64,000 bases of DNA from Pseudomonadota bacterium (GTDB taxonomy: Bacteria; UBA10199; 2-02-FULL-44-16; DYJF01). The notes beneath the pieces were generated by a model. It was not told the origin of the DNA. It worked only from the letters and a program-made list of their open reading frames with translations, and did not search any database. Position numbers and translations under genes: made by a program. Below are positions 48,789 through 58,469 of the stretch, piece by piece. The stretch covers positions 123,045 to 187,044 of the forward strand of contig JBDRBB010000001.1 of assembly GCA_043823065.1 (NCBI GenBank). The letters are read 5' to 3'. Positions within the stretch are counted from its first letter, which is position 1, and each line of letters opens with the position of its first letter.

Positions 48789-50978
48789 ATGAATAATAGA
48801 CATCCCCTAGCAACCCCTGTCCAATACGTTAAGGGCGTTGGTCCAGCATTAGCAGCCAAGCTTGAGCGCATGGGTATATTTACAGTTGGCGAGTTGCTTT
48901 CTGTAATTCCGCATCGTTATCTTGATCGACGCCAGATTTTCAAAATAAATCAATTAAGCGCAGGCAATGATAAAACCATTGTTGGCGAGATTGTCACCAG
49001 CGGCATTGCTTTTTTAGGACGCAAGCGCAAAAGGATTTATGAAGTAATTGTAAAAGATGAAACTGGAACAGTTTCCCTAAAATGGTTTCATTTTTATGAG
49101 CGCTATTATGATCAGAGATTTCAGGTTGGGCAAAAACTGTTTATCTCTGGCGAAGCTTTGGATTTTCAGGGGCAGATCCAATTTATTCATCCAGAAGTAG
49201 AACACATTACCAATGAATCTGAAGAAATAAAGGCCCAAATAATTCCAGTTTATCCATTAACAGAAGGGTTGCATCAAAAAACCATGCGCAAAATTGTGCG
49301 CAATGCCTGGGATAAATTCAACACTGCAGTTGAGCCGGTTTTTTCCGAGCAGTTAATTGAGCGGTTTGAATTAGAAGATCCGTGGACCTGCTTGCAAGAG
49401 CTGCATTTTCCAGCGCCTGATGCTGACTTATGTCTTTTAAATGAACATACTTCCCGCGCTCATGAAGTTTTGAAATTTGATGAATTGTTCTTTTTGGAAC
49501 TAGGCATGGCTTTAAGAAGAAAAAAATATATTACAGAAGATGGGATTAGTTTTCCTGCTAGTCAACATTTAGAAGAAAGATTTTTCGCCAGTTTGCCGTT
49601 TCAACTAACTGCTGCCCAGCAAAGAGTTATTCAGGAAATCAAAGCAGATCAAGCCGCACCCAGACCTATGAATCGTTTGCTGCAAGGTGATGTGGGCAGC
49701 GGAAAAACTGTGGTGGCTTTGGCAGCTGCTCTAGCGCCAATTGAGGCAGGTTTCCAAGTGGCCATTATGGCTCCTACAGAAATTTTGGCTGAGCAGCATT
49801 ATGAAACTATAAATAAATTGTTAGGTGAACATTCTGTCATTGCGAGGAACGCAAGTGACGAAGCAATCCAGTCTGGATCGCCACGTCGCTTCGCTCCTCG
49901 CGATGACAAAATCAAACATGCCCTCCTAACCAGCAACATCAAAGGCCCAGCAAGGGAGACCATCTATCAGCAAGTTGAATCTGGAGAAATTAATATTTTG
50001 GTCGGCACTCATGCTTTAATCCAGGATTCAGTTAATTTTAAAAATTTGGGTTTTGTGGTAGTAGATGAACAGCATCGTTTTGGCGTGATGCAGCGAGCCG
50101 CAATTGTGGGCAAGGCAACAAATGGCCAAAAGCCAGATGTGTTAATTATGACTGCCACGCCCATTCCCAGGACTTTGGCCCTAACTTTATACGGTGATTT
50201 GGATGTTTCGGTAATTGACGAAATGCCTAAAGGCCGGCAACCAATAATAACTCGTTTATACCAAGAAGTGCAGCGCGAAAAATTATATCAGGGTATGCGT
50301 CACGAGTTAAAAGCAGGCAAACAGGTTTATGTGGTTTATCCTTTAATTGAAGAAAGCGAAAAATTGGATCTTAAAAATGCCACGCAAATGAAAGAGGAGA
50401 TAGCTAAGGTGTTTGAGCCGGAATTTAGGGTGGAATTGCTGCATGGCCGCATGTCTGGCGAACAAAAAGAAAACATCATGCATCAGTTTAAGGCTGGAAC
50501 AATTAAGGTTTTGGTTACTACTTCAGTGGTGGAAGTTGGGGTGGACGTGCCCAATGCTTCAGTTATGGTGATTGAGCATGCTGAGCGTTTTGGTCTATCC
50601 CAGCTTCATCAGCTAAGAGGGCGGGTTGGCCGAAGTTCTTATCAATCCTATTGCATTCTTATGGCAGATTATAAACAGTCTGAAGAAGCTAGAAGGCGCC
50701 TGGCTGTCATGGTTGAAACTACAGATGGTTTTAGAATAGCTGAAGAAGATTTGGCTTTAAGGGGCCCGGGCGAGTTTATTGGCACCAAGCAATCTGGCTT
50801 GCCTCCATTTAGAATTGCCAATTTAGCGCAAGATGTGCGGATTTTGTCCAAAGCCAGGGAAGCAGCCTTTAAAATTGTGGAAGAAGATCCAAGATTAGAA
50901 AAGCCGGAGCATTATAAATTAAAAGAAACTTTGGAAGTTAGATGGGCTGGAAAGTTAGATTTGGCTCTTGTGAGTTAA
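48789..50978 (+). CDS. recG: ATP-dependent DNA helicase RecG
   Basis: KGVGP, wedge domain, LLQGDVGSGKT, DEQHRFG, TATPIPR, QLHQLRGRVGR, DGF.IAEEDL..RGPGE. Confidence 0.97.
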   Translation: MNNRHPLATPVQYVKGVGPALAAKLERMGIFTVGELLSVIPHRYLDRRQIFKINQLSAGNDKTIVGEIVTSGIAFLGRKRKRIYEVIVKDETGTVSLKWFHFYERYYDQRFQVGQKLFISGEALDFQGQIQFIHPEVEHITNESEEIKAQIIPVYPLTEGLHQKTMRKIVRNAWDKFNTAVEPVFSEQLIERFELEDPWTCLQELHFPAPDADLCLLNEHTSRAHEVLKFDELFFLELGMALRRKKYITEDGISFPASQHLEERFFASLPFQLTAAQQRVIQEIKADQAAPRPMNRLLQGDVGSGKTVVALAAALAPIEAGFQVAIMAPTEILAEQHYETINKLLGEHSVIARNASDEAIQSGSPRRFAPRDDKIKHALLTSNIKGPARETIYQQVESGEINILVGTHALIQDSVNFKNLGFVVVDEQHRFGVMQRAAIVGKATNGQKPDVLIMTATPIPRTLALTLYGDLDVSVIDEMPKGRQPIITRLYQEVQREKLYQGMRHELKAGKQVYVVYPLIEESEKLDLKNATQMKEEIAKVFEPEFRVELLHGRMSGEQKENIMHQFKAGTIKVLVTTSVVEVGVDVPNASVMVIEHAERFGLSQLHQLRGRVGRSSYQSYCILMADYKQSEEARRRLAVMVETTDGFRIAEEDLALRGPGEFIGTKQSGLPPFRIANLAQDVRILSKAREAAFKIVEEDPRLEKPEHYKLKETLEVRWAGKLDLALVS
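49836..49907. repeat. Family C REP doublet in frame (24 codons) in recG
   Basis: GTCATTGCGAGG...GAAGCAATCCAG-T-CTGGATCGCC...CCTCGCGATGAC; related intergenic copy at 52369. Confidence 0.92.
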
Positions 50979-50982
50979 TGTG

Positions 50983-51051
50983 GTCATCCTTCGACAGGCT
51001 CAGGATGAATGGTATTTTTAGTTTCCGTTCACCCTGAGCTTGTCGAAGGGC
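50983..51051. repeat. Family B REP doublet
   Basis: CATCCTTCGACAGGCTCAGGATGAATGG ... CCGTTCACCCTGAGCTTGTCGAAGGG. Confidence 0.9.
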
Positions 51052-51061
51052 ATAATTTAAT

Positions 51062-51901
51062 ATGCGTTTACCTGATTGGTTAAAAAATATAAATAAGGCA
51101 AGTGATGCGTCGCATAATCTAAAGAAAGATTTACGGGCCATGGGGCTGCATACAGTTTGCGAAGAGGCCAGGTGCCCAAATTTAGGTGAATGTTTTAAAA
51201 AGGGCACAGCAACATTTATGATCATGGGTAATGTTTGCACTAGATCTTGTAAATTTTGTGCGGTAAATTCAGGTGTACCAGCTCCATTAGATCAATCAGA
51301 ACCTTATAAAATTGCTGAGCAAGTACTTAAGCTAAAACTTAAACATGTTGTTATAACATCAGTAACCAGAGATGATTTAAAAGATGGCGGAGCTTCATGT
51401 TTTGCATTAACTATTGAAGAAATAAAAAAAGGTGCACCCCAGACTACAATTGAAGTTTTGACTCCTGATTTTGGAGGCAGAATAAAAGATTTGGAAACTG
51501 TTATCCAAGCTGGACCATATATTTTAAATCACAATGTGGAAACTGTGGTGCGCCTAACTCCTCAAATTAGAGATCCTAAAGCTAGCTACCAATTATCAAT
51601 TAATGTACTAAAAATGGTCTCTAAATTACGCTGTACGAAAATCAAATCTGGCTTCATGCTCGGTCTTGGTGAAACAAAACAGGAAGTTAAAGCCACAATA
51701 AAGGATTTAAAAGACGCTGGCTGCGACATTATCACCATTGGCCAATATTTAATGCCTTCAAAAGCAGCTATTCCAGTTAAAGAATATATTCATCCCCAGG
51801 AATTTGAGGAATATGCAGCCTATGGCAGAAACATCGGAGTGGAACACATGTTTTGTGGTCCCTTGGTACGTAGTTCCTATATGGCAGAAAAAATTTTATA
51901 A
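51062..51901 (+). CDS. lipA: Lipoyl synthase
   Basis: CEEARCPNLGEC, CTRSCKFC, RSSY. Confidence 0.97.
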   Translation: MRLPDWLKNINKASDASHNLKKDLRAMGLHTVCEEARCPNLGECFKKGTATFMIMGNVCTRSCKFCAVNSGVPAPLDQSEPYKIAEQVLKLKLKHVVITSVTRDDLKDGGASCFALTIEEIKKGAPQTTIEVLTPDFGGRIKDLETVIQAGPYILNHNVETVVRLTPQIRDPKASYQLSINVLKMVSKLRCTKIKSGFMLGLGETKQEVKATIKDLKDAGCDIITIGQYLMPSKAAIPVKEYIHPQEFEEYAAYGRNIGVEHMFCGPLVRSSYMAEKIL

Positions 51902-51936
51902 GTTGCTAACGTAGTTTCATTTGGGTAAAAAATGAT

Positions 51937-52359
51937 ATGCCGCAGACGAGTCAATCAATACTAATCAAACAGCCGATTAAGAATGTATATGCCACGGTTA
52001 TAGATTTTGAAAATTATCCTAAAATTTTTGCAGAAACCAAGGCTGCAAAAATTATCAAAAAAGGTAAGAAAACAGTTGAAGTAGATTTTGTATTTGAAGT
52101 AATTACCAAGATAAATTGCACGTTAAGTTTTACTTTAAGTCCCACGAAAATTTCCTGGAAAATGAAGCGCGGCGATTTTATGCAAGAAAATTTTGGCTAT
52201 TGGGAGTTAAAAGAAAAAACAAAAAGTTCTACAGAAGTAACTTATAATTTAACCATAAAACCTTCCATGTTTGTGCCTTCCAGTGTGATCGAAGGTTTAA
52301 TCGAAAAAAATACGCCCAGTATGCTGAAGAATTTAAAGAAAAGGTGTGAACGTAAGTAG
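51937..52359 (+). CDS. SRPBCC/START-fold protein (cyclase/RatA-like)
   Basis: VIDFENYPK, ISWKM..GD...N.GYWEL, TEVTY. Confidence 0.78.
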   Translation: MPQTSQSILIKQPIKNVYATVIDFENYPKIFAETKAAKIIKKGKKTVEVDFVFEVITKINCTLSFTLSPTKISWKMKRGDFMQENFGYWELKEKTKSSTEVTYNLTIKPSMFVPSSVIEGLIEKNTPSMLKNLKKRCERK

Positions 52360-52368
52360 CTTCATGTC

Positions 52369-52484
52369 GTCATTGCGAGGAACTTGAGTTCCGAAGCAAT
52401 CCAGTAAGTACTACCTGAGCGAGTCATTCATCCTTCGACAAGCTCAGGATGAACGGTGTGAGCCGAAGGGCTCCTCGCGATGAC
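52369..52484. repeat. Family C REP with nested family B units
   Basis: GTCATTGCGAGG..GAAGCAATCC [..CCTTCGACAAGCTCAGGATGAACGG..] CTCCTCGCGATGAC. Confidence 0.9.
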
Positions 52485-52487
52485 AAA

Positions 52488-54530
52488 TTATGTTTTAATT
52501 GCATTATAGTATCTTGCCAACGCCAATATCGGAAAATAATGGCGATAGCCATGATAACGGATATAGAAGTGGCCTGGGAAGCCAGTGCCAGTATAGGCGG
52601 TTTCATCCCAGGTATTATTTTCATTAATAGTGTTTGTTAAATAACGGGCAGCTCTTTTAGCAGCGCTAGATTTTGCTTGTCCACCAGCGACCAAACCCAT
52701 TAAAGCCCAAGCAGTTTGCGAAGCAGTGCTTTCTTTCCATTTAATATAAGTATGTTTGCTATAACTTTCTGGCGATTCGCCAAACCCGCCATCCAAATTT
52801 TGAATTGATTTAAGCCAGTTGGTTGCTCTGAAAAATAATTTACCCAAAGGATTCCAGCCTAATTCAGACAAGCCAGCTAAAACGCACCAAGTTCCGTAAA
52901 TATAATTCACTCCCCATCTACCAAACCAACCGCCAAAAGGTTCGCAAGTATTTTCCAAAAACTTTAAGGCCTTGGCTATGGGCTCATCATTGGTAGTCAT
53001 GCCCATATCAGCCAAAACTTCAATCATACGGCCAGTGATATCCGGAGTGGAAGGGTCTAAACAAGCTTTGTGATCAGAAAAAGGAATTTCATTAACTAGA
53101 TTCAAAGTTTGATTTTTATCAAAAGCTCCCCAACCGCCATCGTCATTTTGCATGGAAAGCATCCAAGCCACAGCTTTGCGAATTGGTTCTTGTTTTTCAA
53201 CTTCAGGCAAAGCCAAACGTTGCAAAATAGCCACTACTTCAATGGTGTCATCAACATCAGGAAAACAATCGTTTTTGAATTCAAAAGACCAGCCACCTGG
53301 CTGGGTATGCGGATTTTTGATAGCCCAATCACCCTTAAAATCTGTAATTTGTTTGGAGATTAACCAGCGCCCAGCCTTAAGCAGGGCAGGATCATTAGCT
53401 GGAATGCCAGCATCTAACAGAGACATAATACTCCAAGGAGTATCCCAAACCGGTGAAATACAGCATTGCTGATGTACAGGATTTTGACCATTAACTCGTT
53501 TAGTAATGATATCTTGCAAATCCAGGCCATTAGTATTGTTATTTTTAATTGGATAGCAAACAGCAGGAATATCGCGTGTCGGATAATTTTGATGAAAAGA
53601 TTTCAAACCTCGCATAGCTGTGGAAATTTGAGCTGAACTTTTGGAAAAACCCATGGCTTTAAAAGCTAAAGCTGCATAAGCCAAAGCCGGATAAATATCT
53701 ACAGCATGCTGAATATGTTTCCAGGTCCACTCAGAACAATTATTTATCGCTGAGTTACGCAAAGGTTTTAAGGGAAGATATTCATAAACCTTAAGAAATT
53801 TGTCTAAGTAAATAAAGAAAGTATCTTTAGAAATAAGACTTTTTTTCCTTTTAAAGCTAAAATCGCGATTACCTTCAGGTTCAACATATAACTCATCAAG
53901 ATTAAAAGAAAGTTTGTGCACTGGCTTTAAGGATATGAAGATAAGCAAGGGAACAATGCATGATCTAGCCCAAGAGGAAAATTCATAGATATTTATTGGA
54001 AACCAATTAGGTAGCAAAATCAATTCAGGTGGCATTTCTGGGCAAGCTTTCCAAGGAATTAGGCCAAACATCGCTAAATGAATGCGGGTGAAAATCGTAG
54101 CCTTGATCAAGCCCCCATGCTCTAAAATAATTTCGCGAGCCTTGCGCATAGGCGGGCTATCTATATTATAACCAGCTATTTTTAAGGCAAGATAGCACTC
54201 AATTGTTGAGGAAAGATGAACTGGGCCGTCTTGATACAAAGACCAGGAGCCATCAGCACGTTGAACATCCAAAAGCCGCTGGCAAATTCCTTCTTGAACG
54301 CTCACATCAATATCTTCAACAAAATTCTGCAGAAAAATATATTGAGCGCCAATAGCTTCATTAGCTTGAAGAGTAAACCACCAATAGCCATCTTCATGTT
54401 GCAGGGATAATAATTTATTTGCTGTAGTAGCTAAACTATTGCGTAATTTTTCTTGCTCAGTTTGCAGGGCAATTTTTTGCTTGGAATATTGCTTAGTTAG
54501 ATCAATTAATGGGATTTCTCTAATTTCCAT
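52488..54530 (-). CDS. shc: Squalene-hopene cyclase
   Basis: DVDDT catalytic motif, QW repeats (QHEDGYW, QNDDGGW, QNLDGGF), SPVWDT, TGTGFPGHFY. Confidence 0.95.
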   Translation of the reverse strand: MEIREIPLIDLTKQYSKQKIALQTEQEKLRNSLATTANKLLSLQHEDGYWWFTLQANEAIGAQYIFLQNFVEDIDVSVQEGICQRLLDVQRADGSWSLYQDGPVHLSSTIECYLALKIAGYNIDSPPMRKAREIILEHGGLIKATIFTRIHLAMFGLIPWKACPEMPPELILLPNWFPINIYEFSSWARSCIVPLLIFISLKPVHKLSFNLDELYVEPEGNRDFSFKRKKSLISKDTFFIYLDKFLKVYEYLPLKPLRNSAINNCSEWTWKHIQHAVDIYPALAYAALAFKAMGFSKSSAQISTAMRGLKSFHQNYPTRDIPAVCYPIKNNNTNGLDLQDIITKRVNGQNPVHQQCCISPVWDTPWSIMSLLDAGIPANDPALLKAGRWLISKQITDFKGDWAIKNPHTQPGGWSFEFKNDCFPDVDDTIEVVAILQRLALPEVEKQEPIRKAVAWMLSMQNDDGGWGAFDKNQTLNLVNEIPFSDHKACLDPSTPDITGRMIEVLADMGMTTNDEPIAKALKFLENTCEPFGGWFGRWGVNYIYGTWCVLAGLSELGWNPLGKLFFRATNWLKSIQNLDGGFGESPESYSKHTYIKWKESTASQTAWALMGLVAGGQAKSSAAKRAARYLTNTINENNTWDETAYTGTGFPGHFYIRYHGYRHYFPILALARYYNAIKT

Positions 54531-54673
54531 AAGGGCCTTAATATCTAATCCCTTGATTTAATTGAATATTATCTAATTGTAAAGTTAATTATTTTTTACG
54601 CAACTTGAGCCTATAAAAGTGACGATAATATATCTGTAGGACAAAAAAGGGTGCCTATTTAAAGGAGTTTATT

Positions 54674-55948
54674 ATGTTTGCATGTGGTGAAAATTCCAGT
54701 CCTATTTTAAAGGCAAATTGCGAATTATTGGGACCGTTACCACCAGATCACTTAAATGATAATTGTATCTTATTAAAACCTCTACCAGAAGGGCAGCCCC
54801 CAGCTCCTGAAGCTCTAAGATCAGTAGTCCCGCCGCGTCTTGATCCCTTTGGTCGTCAAGATTGCATGCTTCTTCATGTAAATGAAAATGGAGAGCTAGA
54901 ACCATGGAGACCATCAAGTGAAAGAGGCAATCCATTGTTCAGGCCTGTAACTATGCCTGAACCAGATACTGTTCCACATTATGTATTTGATAATCCAGAT
55001 TCGCCTCAAGCCCGCGAATGGCTTAGAAATGCAAGATCAGCAAGAACAGGCGTAAGACAAGGAGCTTCATCTAGAACGTTTGTTGATCCATTAGATGCAC
55101 GTTGCATCTTATTAGATACAGAGCTGAGGAATGTAATAGCGGCAGCCAGGTTTCCAAGAGTTACACCCAGAGGATTTGCCGGTGCTACCTTATTAGGCAC
55201 AGTACTTATGGCTGCTGGGTATGGAGTCACTCGTGGCTATGAAGCTATAAATCAATATTTTGGCAGATCTGAAATTTCTGGGCTTGAAAGTTTTGTAACA
55301 GGGTTTTCTCCAATTGGAGCTCTAATTGGCATACAAAGATATATGGGCGTTCCTCTGGGAACTGGTTTGGGTGGTGCAGTAGCAAGCATGGCGCCAATGA
55401 TTCCAATTTCATATGCGGTTGCGCAATCTCAAGAGATTCTAGACATTGATCAAGAATCAGTTGGTGGGCTTATTACCGGGTGGGCAACAACTGCAGGTCT
55501 TGGTTATTTAGCTGCACATGCTACCATTACTATTGGCGGCACAACATATAGCGCTGCTGGCGCTGGATTAACTGCACTTGGTGTTGGTGTGGGACTTGCC
55601 GAAGGTGCAGGTGTTGGATTCGCTTTAGCTGGCGGAGTTTTATTAGGCACTGGATGGAATTATTTAAGCGGCGCAACAATTAATGGAGTAAATAATCTTG
55701 TCAGTGATCGAGAAGAAAATTGGATGGGCAACGACGGAACTTTATCTGATTTATATGCAGCTGGAGCCTCAAGATTAGTTGGTGCGCGAGAAGATGTAGC
55801 TCATAGATCTGTGCGAGATGTTCCAGAGGATGAGCTTGTTACCTGGACTGCAGAAGAATTAGCTAATGACGCAAATAGTGGCCGTAGTTCAGTTGTAAGC
55901 ACAATCGATCGAGGCTTAATTTGGTTTGGTTCGCTGTTTGGTATTTAA
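54674..55948 (+). CDS. Orphan protein: Pro-rich N-terminus, Gly/Ala-rich hydrophobic C-half, almost no lysine
   Basis: 424-aa ORF with AAGGAG RBS; no family recognised. Confidence 0.75.
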   Translation: MFACGENSSPILKANCELLGPLPPDHLNDNCILLKPLPEGQPPAPEALRSVVPPRLDPFGRQDCMLLHVNENGELEPWRPSSERGNPLFRPVTMPEPDTVPHYVFDNPDSPQAREWLRNARSARTGVRQGASSRTFVDPLDARCILLDTELRNVIAAARFPRVTPRGFAGATLLGTVLMAAGYGVTRGYEAINQYFGRSEISGLESFVTGFSPIGALIGIQRYMGVPLGTGLGGAVASMAPMIPISYAVAQSQEILDIDQESVGGLITGWATTAGLGYLAAHATITIGGTTYSAAGAGLTALGVGVGLAEGAGVGFALAGGVLLGTGWNYLSGATINGVNNLVSDREENWMGNDGTLSDLYAAGASRLVGAREDVAHRSVRDVPEDELVTWTAEELANDANSGRSSVVSTIDRGLIWFGSLFGI

Positions 55949-55963
55949 TCAGATATATAGCTT

Positions 55964-55991
55964 ATGTCGCATAAGGTATATTATGTCTGGT
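55964..55991 (+). other. dif-like XerC/XerD recombination site
   Basis: ATGTCGCATAA-GGTATA-TTATGTCTGGT versus E. coli dif GGTGCGCATAA-TGTATA-TTATGTTAAAT. Confidence 0.7.
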
Positions 55992-56235
55992 GAAGTTTGT
56001 TGTGGAGTTGATTTCTGCGTGTTCAATAAGATTTAGTCTTCGAGCTTGTCGAGAAGCTAAATTCCTCCAGATATAAAATAAACCCTTGCTTACCCTATTA
56101 CACTTAATTCATACAAAAACATTTGTTCCATAAGATACGTTATGGCCTCGGGACATAATAAAAACTTTGTAACCGTTGCGATAATAAATAATTCTAACGC
56201 GTTGAAAAATATAACATGTTATATGTTATATTAAA

Positions 56236-56610
56236 TTAAGGATTGGATTCTAAAGCAGTTATTCTGGTTTCATGATCTTCCAAACGATCATTATTGCGAT
56301 CTAGCTTGACTGATAGCCTCTCTTCCATGGCTTGCATATCTGATCGGATATTTTCGATATCTGATTTAAGCTCAGTCCTTACATTGTCTATTTTATCATT
56401 TGTCTTTTCTAGAGCGTGCTGGGTTAAACGAATTTCCTGAGTTAATCGCTGGTCAACGCCTTGTATATCCGCTTTTAATTCAGCTTTCATAGTCTGCATA
56501 CCTTCAGCTAGCATTTGCATATTTGAGCGTATATCCTCTAGCAAAACCGCATTGTAGTGCTCCGCAGTTCCGTTTTGATTTCTTTCTTTAGTTGTTTTCT
56601 TTTTGTTCAT
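56236..56610 (-). CDS. Small coiled-coil hypothetical protein
   Basis: Heptad-like repeats (ELKADIQGV, ELKSDIENI, HETRITALE); start at ATG 56610. Confidence 0.7.
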   Translation of the reverse strand: MNKKKTTKERNQNGTAEHYNAVLLEDIRSNMQMLAEGMQTMKAELKADIQGVDQRLTQEIRLTQHALEKTNDKIDNVRTELKSDIENIRSDMQAMEERLSVKLDRNNDRLEDHETRITALESNP

Positions 56611-56645
56611 GATTTTTTTTGAATAACTTAACCTGCGTTCACTTG

Positions 56646-58097
56646 TCAATCATTGTTATTTCTTTCTAATAGGAACTTTCTAAAAATGATAAAGTTATAT
56701 AATAGGTAAAATGGCGCTCTGTCAATGGATTGGATGTCTATTATGTAAGTTTTTGCTTGGTTTATGCAATTTAAGTCTAAAATTTGATAAGGGTTTAAGA
56801 CCTTATAAAGCTCTAATGCCTCTCCCTCTTCCAGCCCATACACCCTTTCCGTTTCAGAAGGTCTGTAATGCTCAAATTGAAGTTTAGGGGGAGCTCGAGA
56901 TAATTCAGGAACCAGTTTTTGAATTACTTCATTTTCTAGAATAAATTGCTTGAGCTCCATCACAGCGCCACACTTGGGACATTCAGTTGGCAACTTGCCG
57001 AATATCTTGGCGATAAGCACAGCCCATTTTGGTTTAATTGGTTTTGTTTCCTGGATAGCCAAGCTGCTGTCATCTGCTTTTCTCGCTGCCCTAACCTTAC
57101 GCTGAATATTCGATGCGTAGAAACCAGCATATCTACGAATGTTTTGGTAGCGGTCAGGAATATGCAATGTCAGCTTAGCTAGGAATTCAGTTGGCGTAAA
57201 AGTAAGAGCAACATTCTTCTTTGATCTGTAAGCAACTTCCTCACCATCAAACTTAAGCCGCTTCAAGACAACTGCCGGTCTGAAGGCATAAGCCAGCCTA
57301 TTTTTAAGCGTATCACCTTCTTCTGGATGAAACGGCCAACTGGCATAGACATGGAAACCAGAATTTTTCCAGCTTAGGAGATTATCGGCAATATCAGGTA
57401 ATAGTGCTTTCTTCTTTACCAGCATGGAGATTAGCTCCAACCTAAATATCTCCGTCATAACTTCTGTATTCCAATATCGACAAGGCTTGAATTTAGGCTT
57501 AAGGGGATCAGAATAATCAACAGCTCCGTTAGTAACAATCAGATGCAAATGAGCGTTCCAATCAAGTGAATCTGAGTGGGTTTGGATCAGAGAGATGATA
57601 CCAGGACGAGCTCCTTTTTGTAGCCGCCCTTTTCCAACAGCCTTACAAATAGTGTGATTGGCTGCTTTAACCAGCAAGGCCAGCAGTTTTCTGTCCCTCA
57701 AGAAATAAGGTCTTAGTCGCTTGGGTATTGAAAATGTCCAAAATCGATGCTCTACAGGCAAGAGCAAATCATTATGTATTTCATCCACCCACAAAATGAT
57801 CTTCTTTTCATGACAGGAAGGACAAAACAGGCGTGTTTTACAGGAAAATGGCACAGTCAGACTTTGAGTACAATTGGGGCATTCGTAGCGAGCAACGCCT
57901 TCTCTAGGATCACCGCAAAGAAGATAACGATTTACTGTGTGCGTGATAATGGGGCGCAGTTGTCCATACTTCTCAGAATACTCGCGATAGTAGCTATACT
58001 GAAGCTCATCAAAATAATGATAGACGACCTGAAACAACGGGCTTTGATCAAAGCGGCGTGGTTTGTATTGGAGTTGCACACCTCTTGGGACAAGCAA
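56646..58097 (-). mobile_element. IS91/ISCR-family rolling-circle HUH transposase
   Basis: Zn-binding CGD...CPNC...SCKTRLFCPSC, TFSIPKRLR, HLH motif, YAFRP, RYAGFYAS, CPKCG, RAPP. Start codon uncertain. Confidence 0.9.
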
Positions 58098-58222
58098 GAA
58101 ATGTGCAAATTAAAAACTGCGCAGAAAATAAGGAGAAACTAGAAACTAACGGCTTTGCAACTGTCTGAAAATACAGCAGCGATGCATTATTTTTGGACAC
58201 TCAAAAATCCAAAGCTGATTAT

Positions 58223-58469
58223 GCTGATAACTCTTTTGTTACCCAAATCACATTTATAATTTACTTGCTATTCAGAATGGTGCTAAGATACCCATAAAAT
58301 ATGGGCTCGCTGGCAGGTGTGAATTATGTCACTGAGACAATAACCGTGTTATTGGAGCACTTTCATACGGTATATTATGTCTGGTGAAGTTTGTTTTAAA
58401 GTAAATCCTCAAACTGACATGTTTCCAGTTCTTTGTTAGCAAAGCTGACTATCATATCATTATCATATT
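58223..58469. repeat. Copy 1 of a duplicated segment (copy 2 at 60764-60958)
   Basis: 58223-58318 matches 60764-60859; 58373-58469 matches 60863-60958. Confidence 0.9.
58358..58385 (+). other. dif-like site 2
   Basis: CACTTTCATAC-GGTATA-TTATGTCTGGT; 27 bp (58369-58395) identical to 55975-56001. Confidence 0.6.

Noticed and set aside
50938..52640. Short ORFs containing LRQAQ/LSLSKD peptides
   Set aside because: Translations of family B/C REPs, largely antisense to or overlapping real genes.
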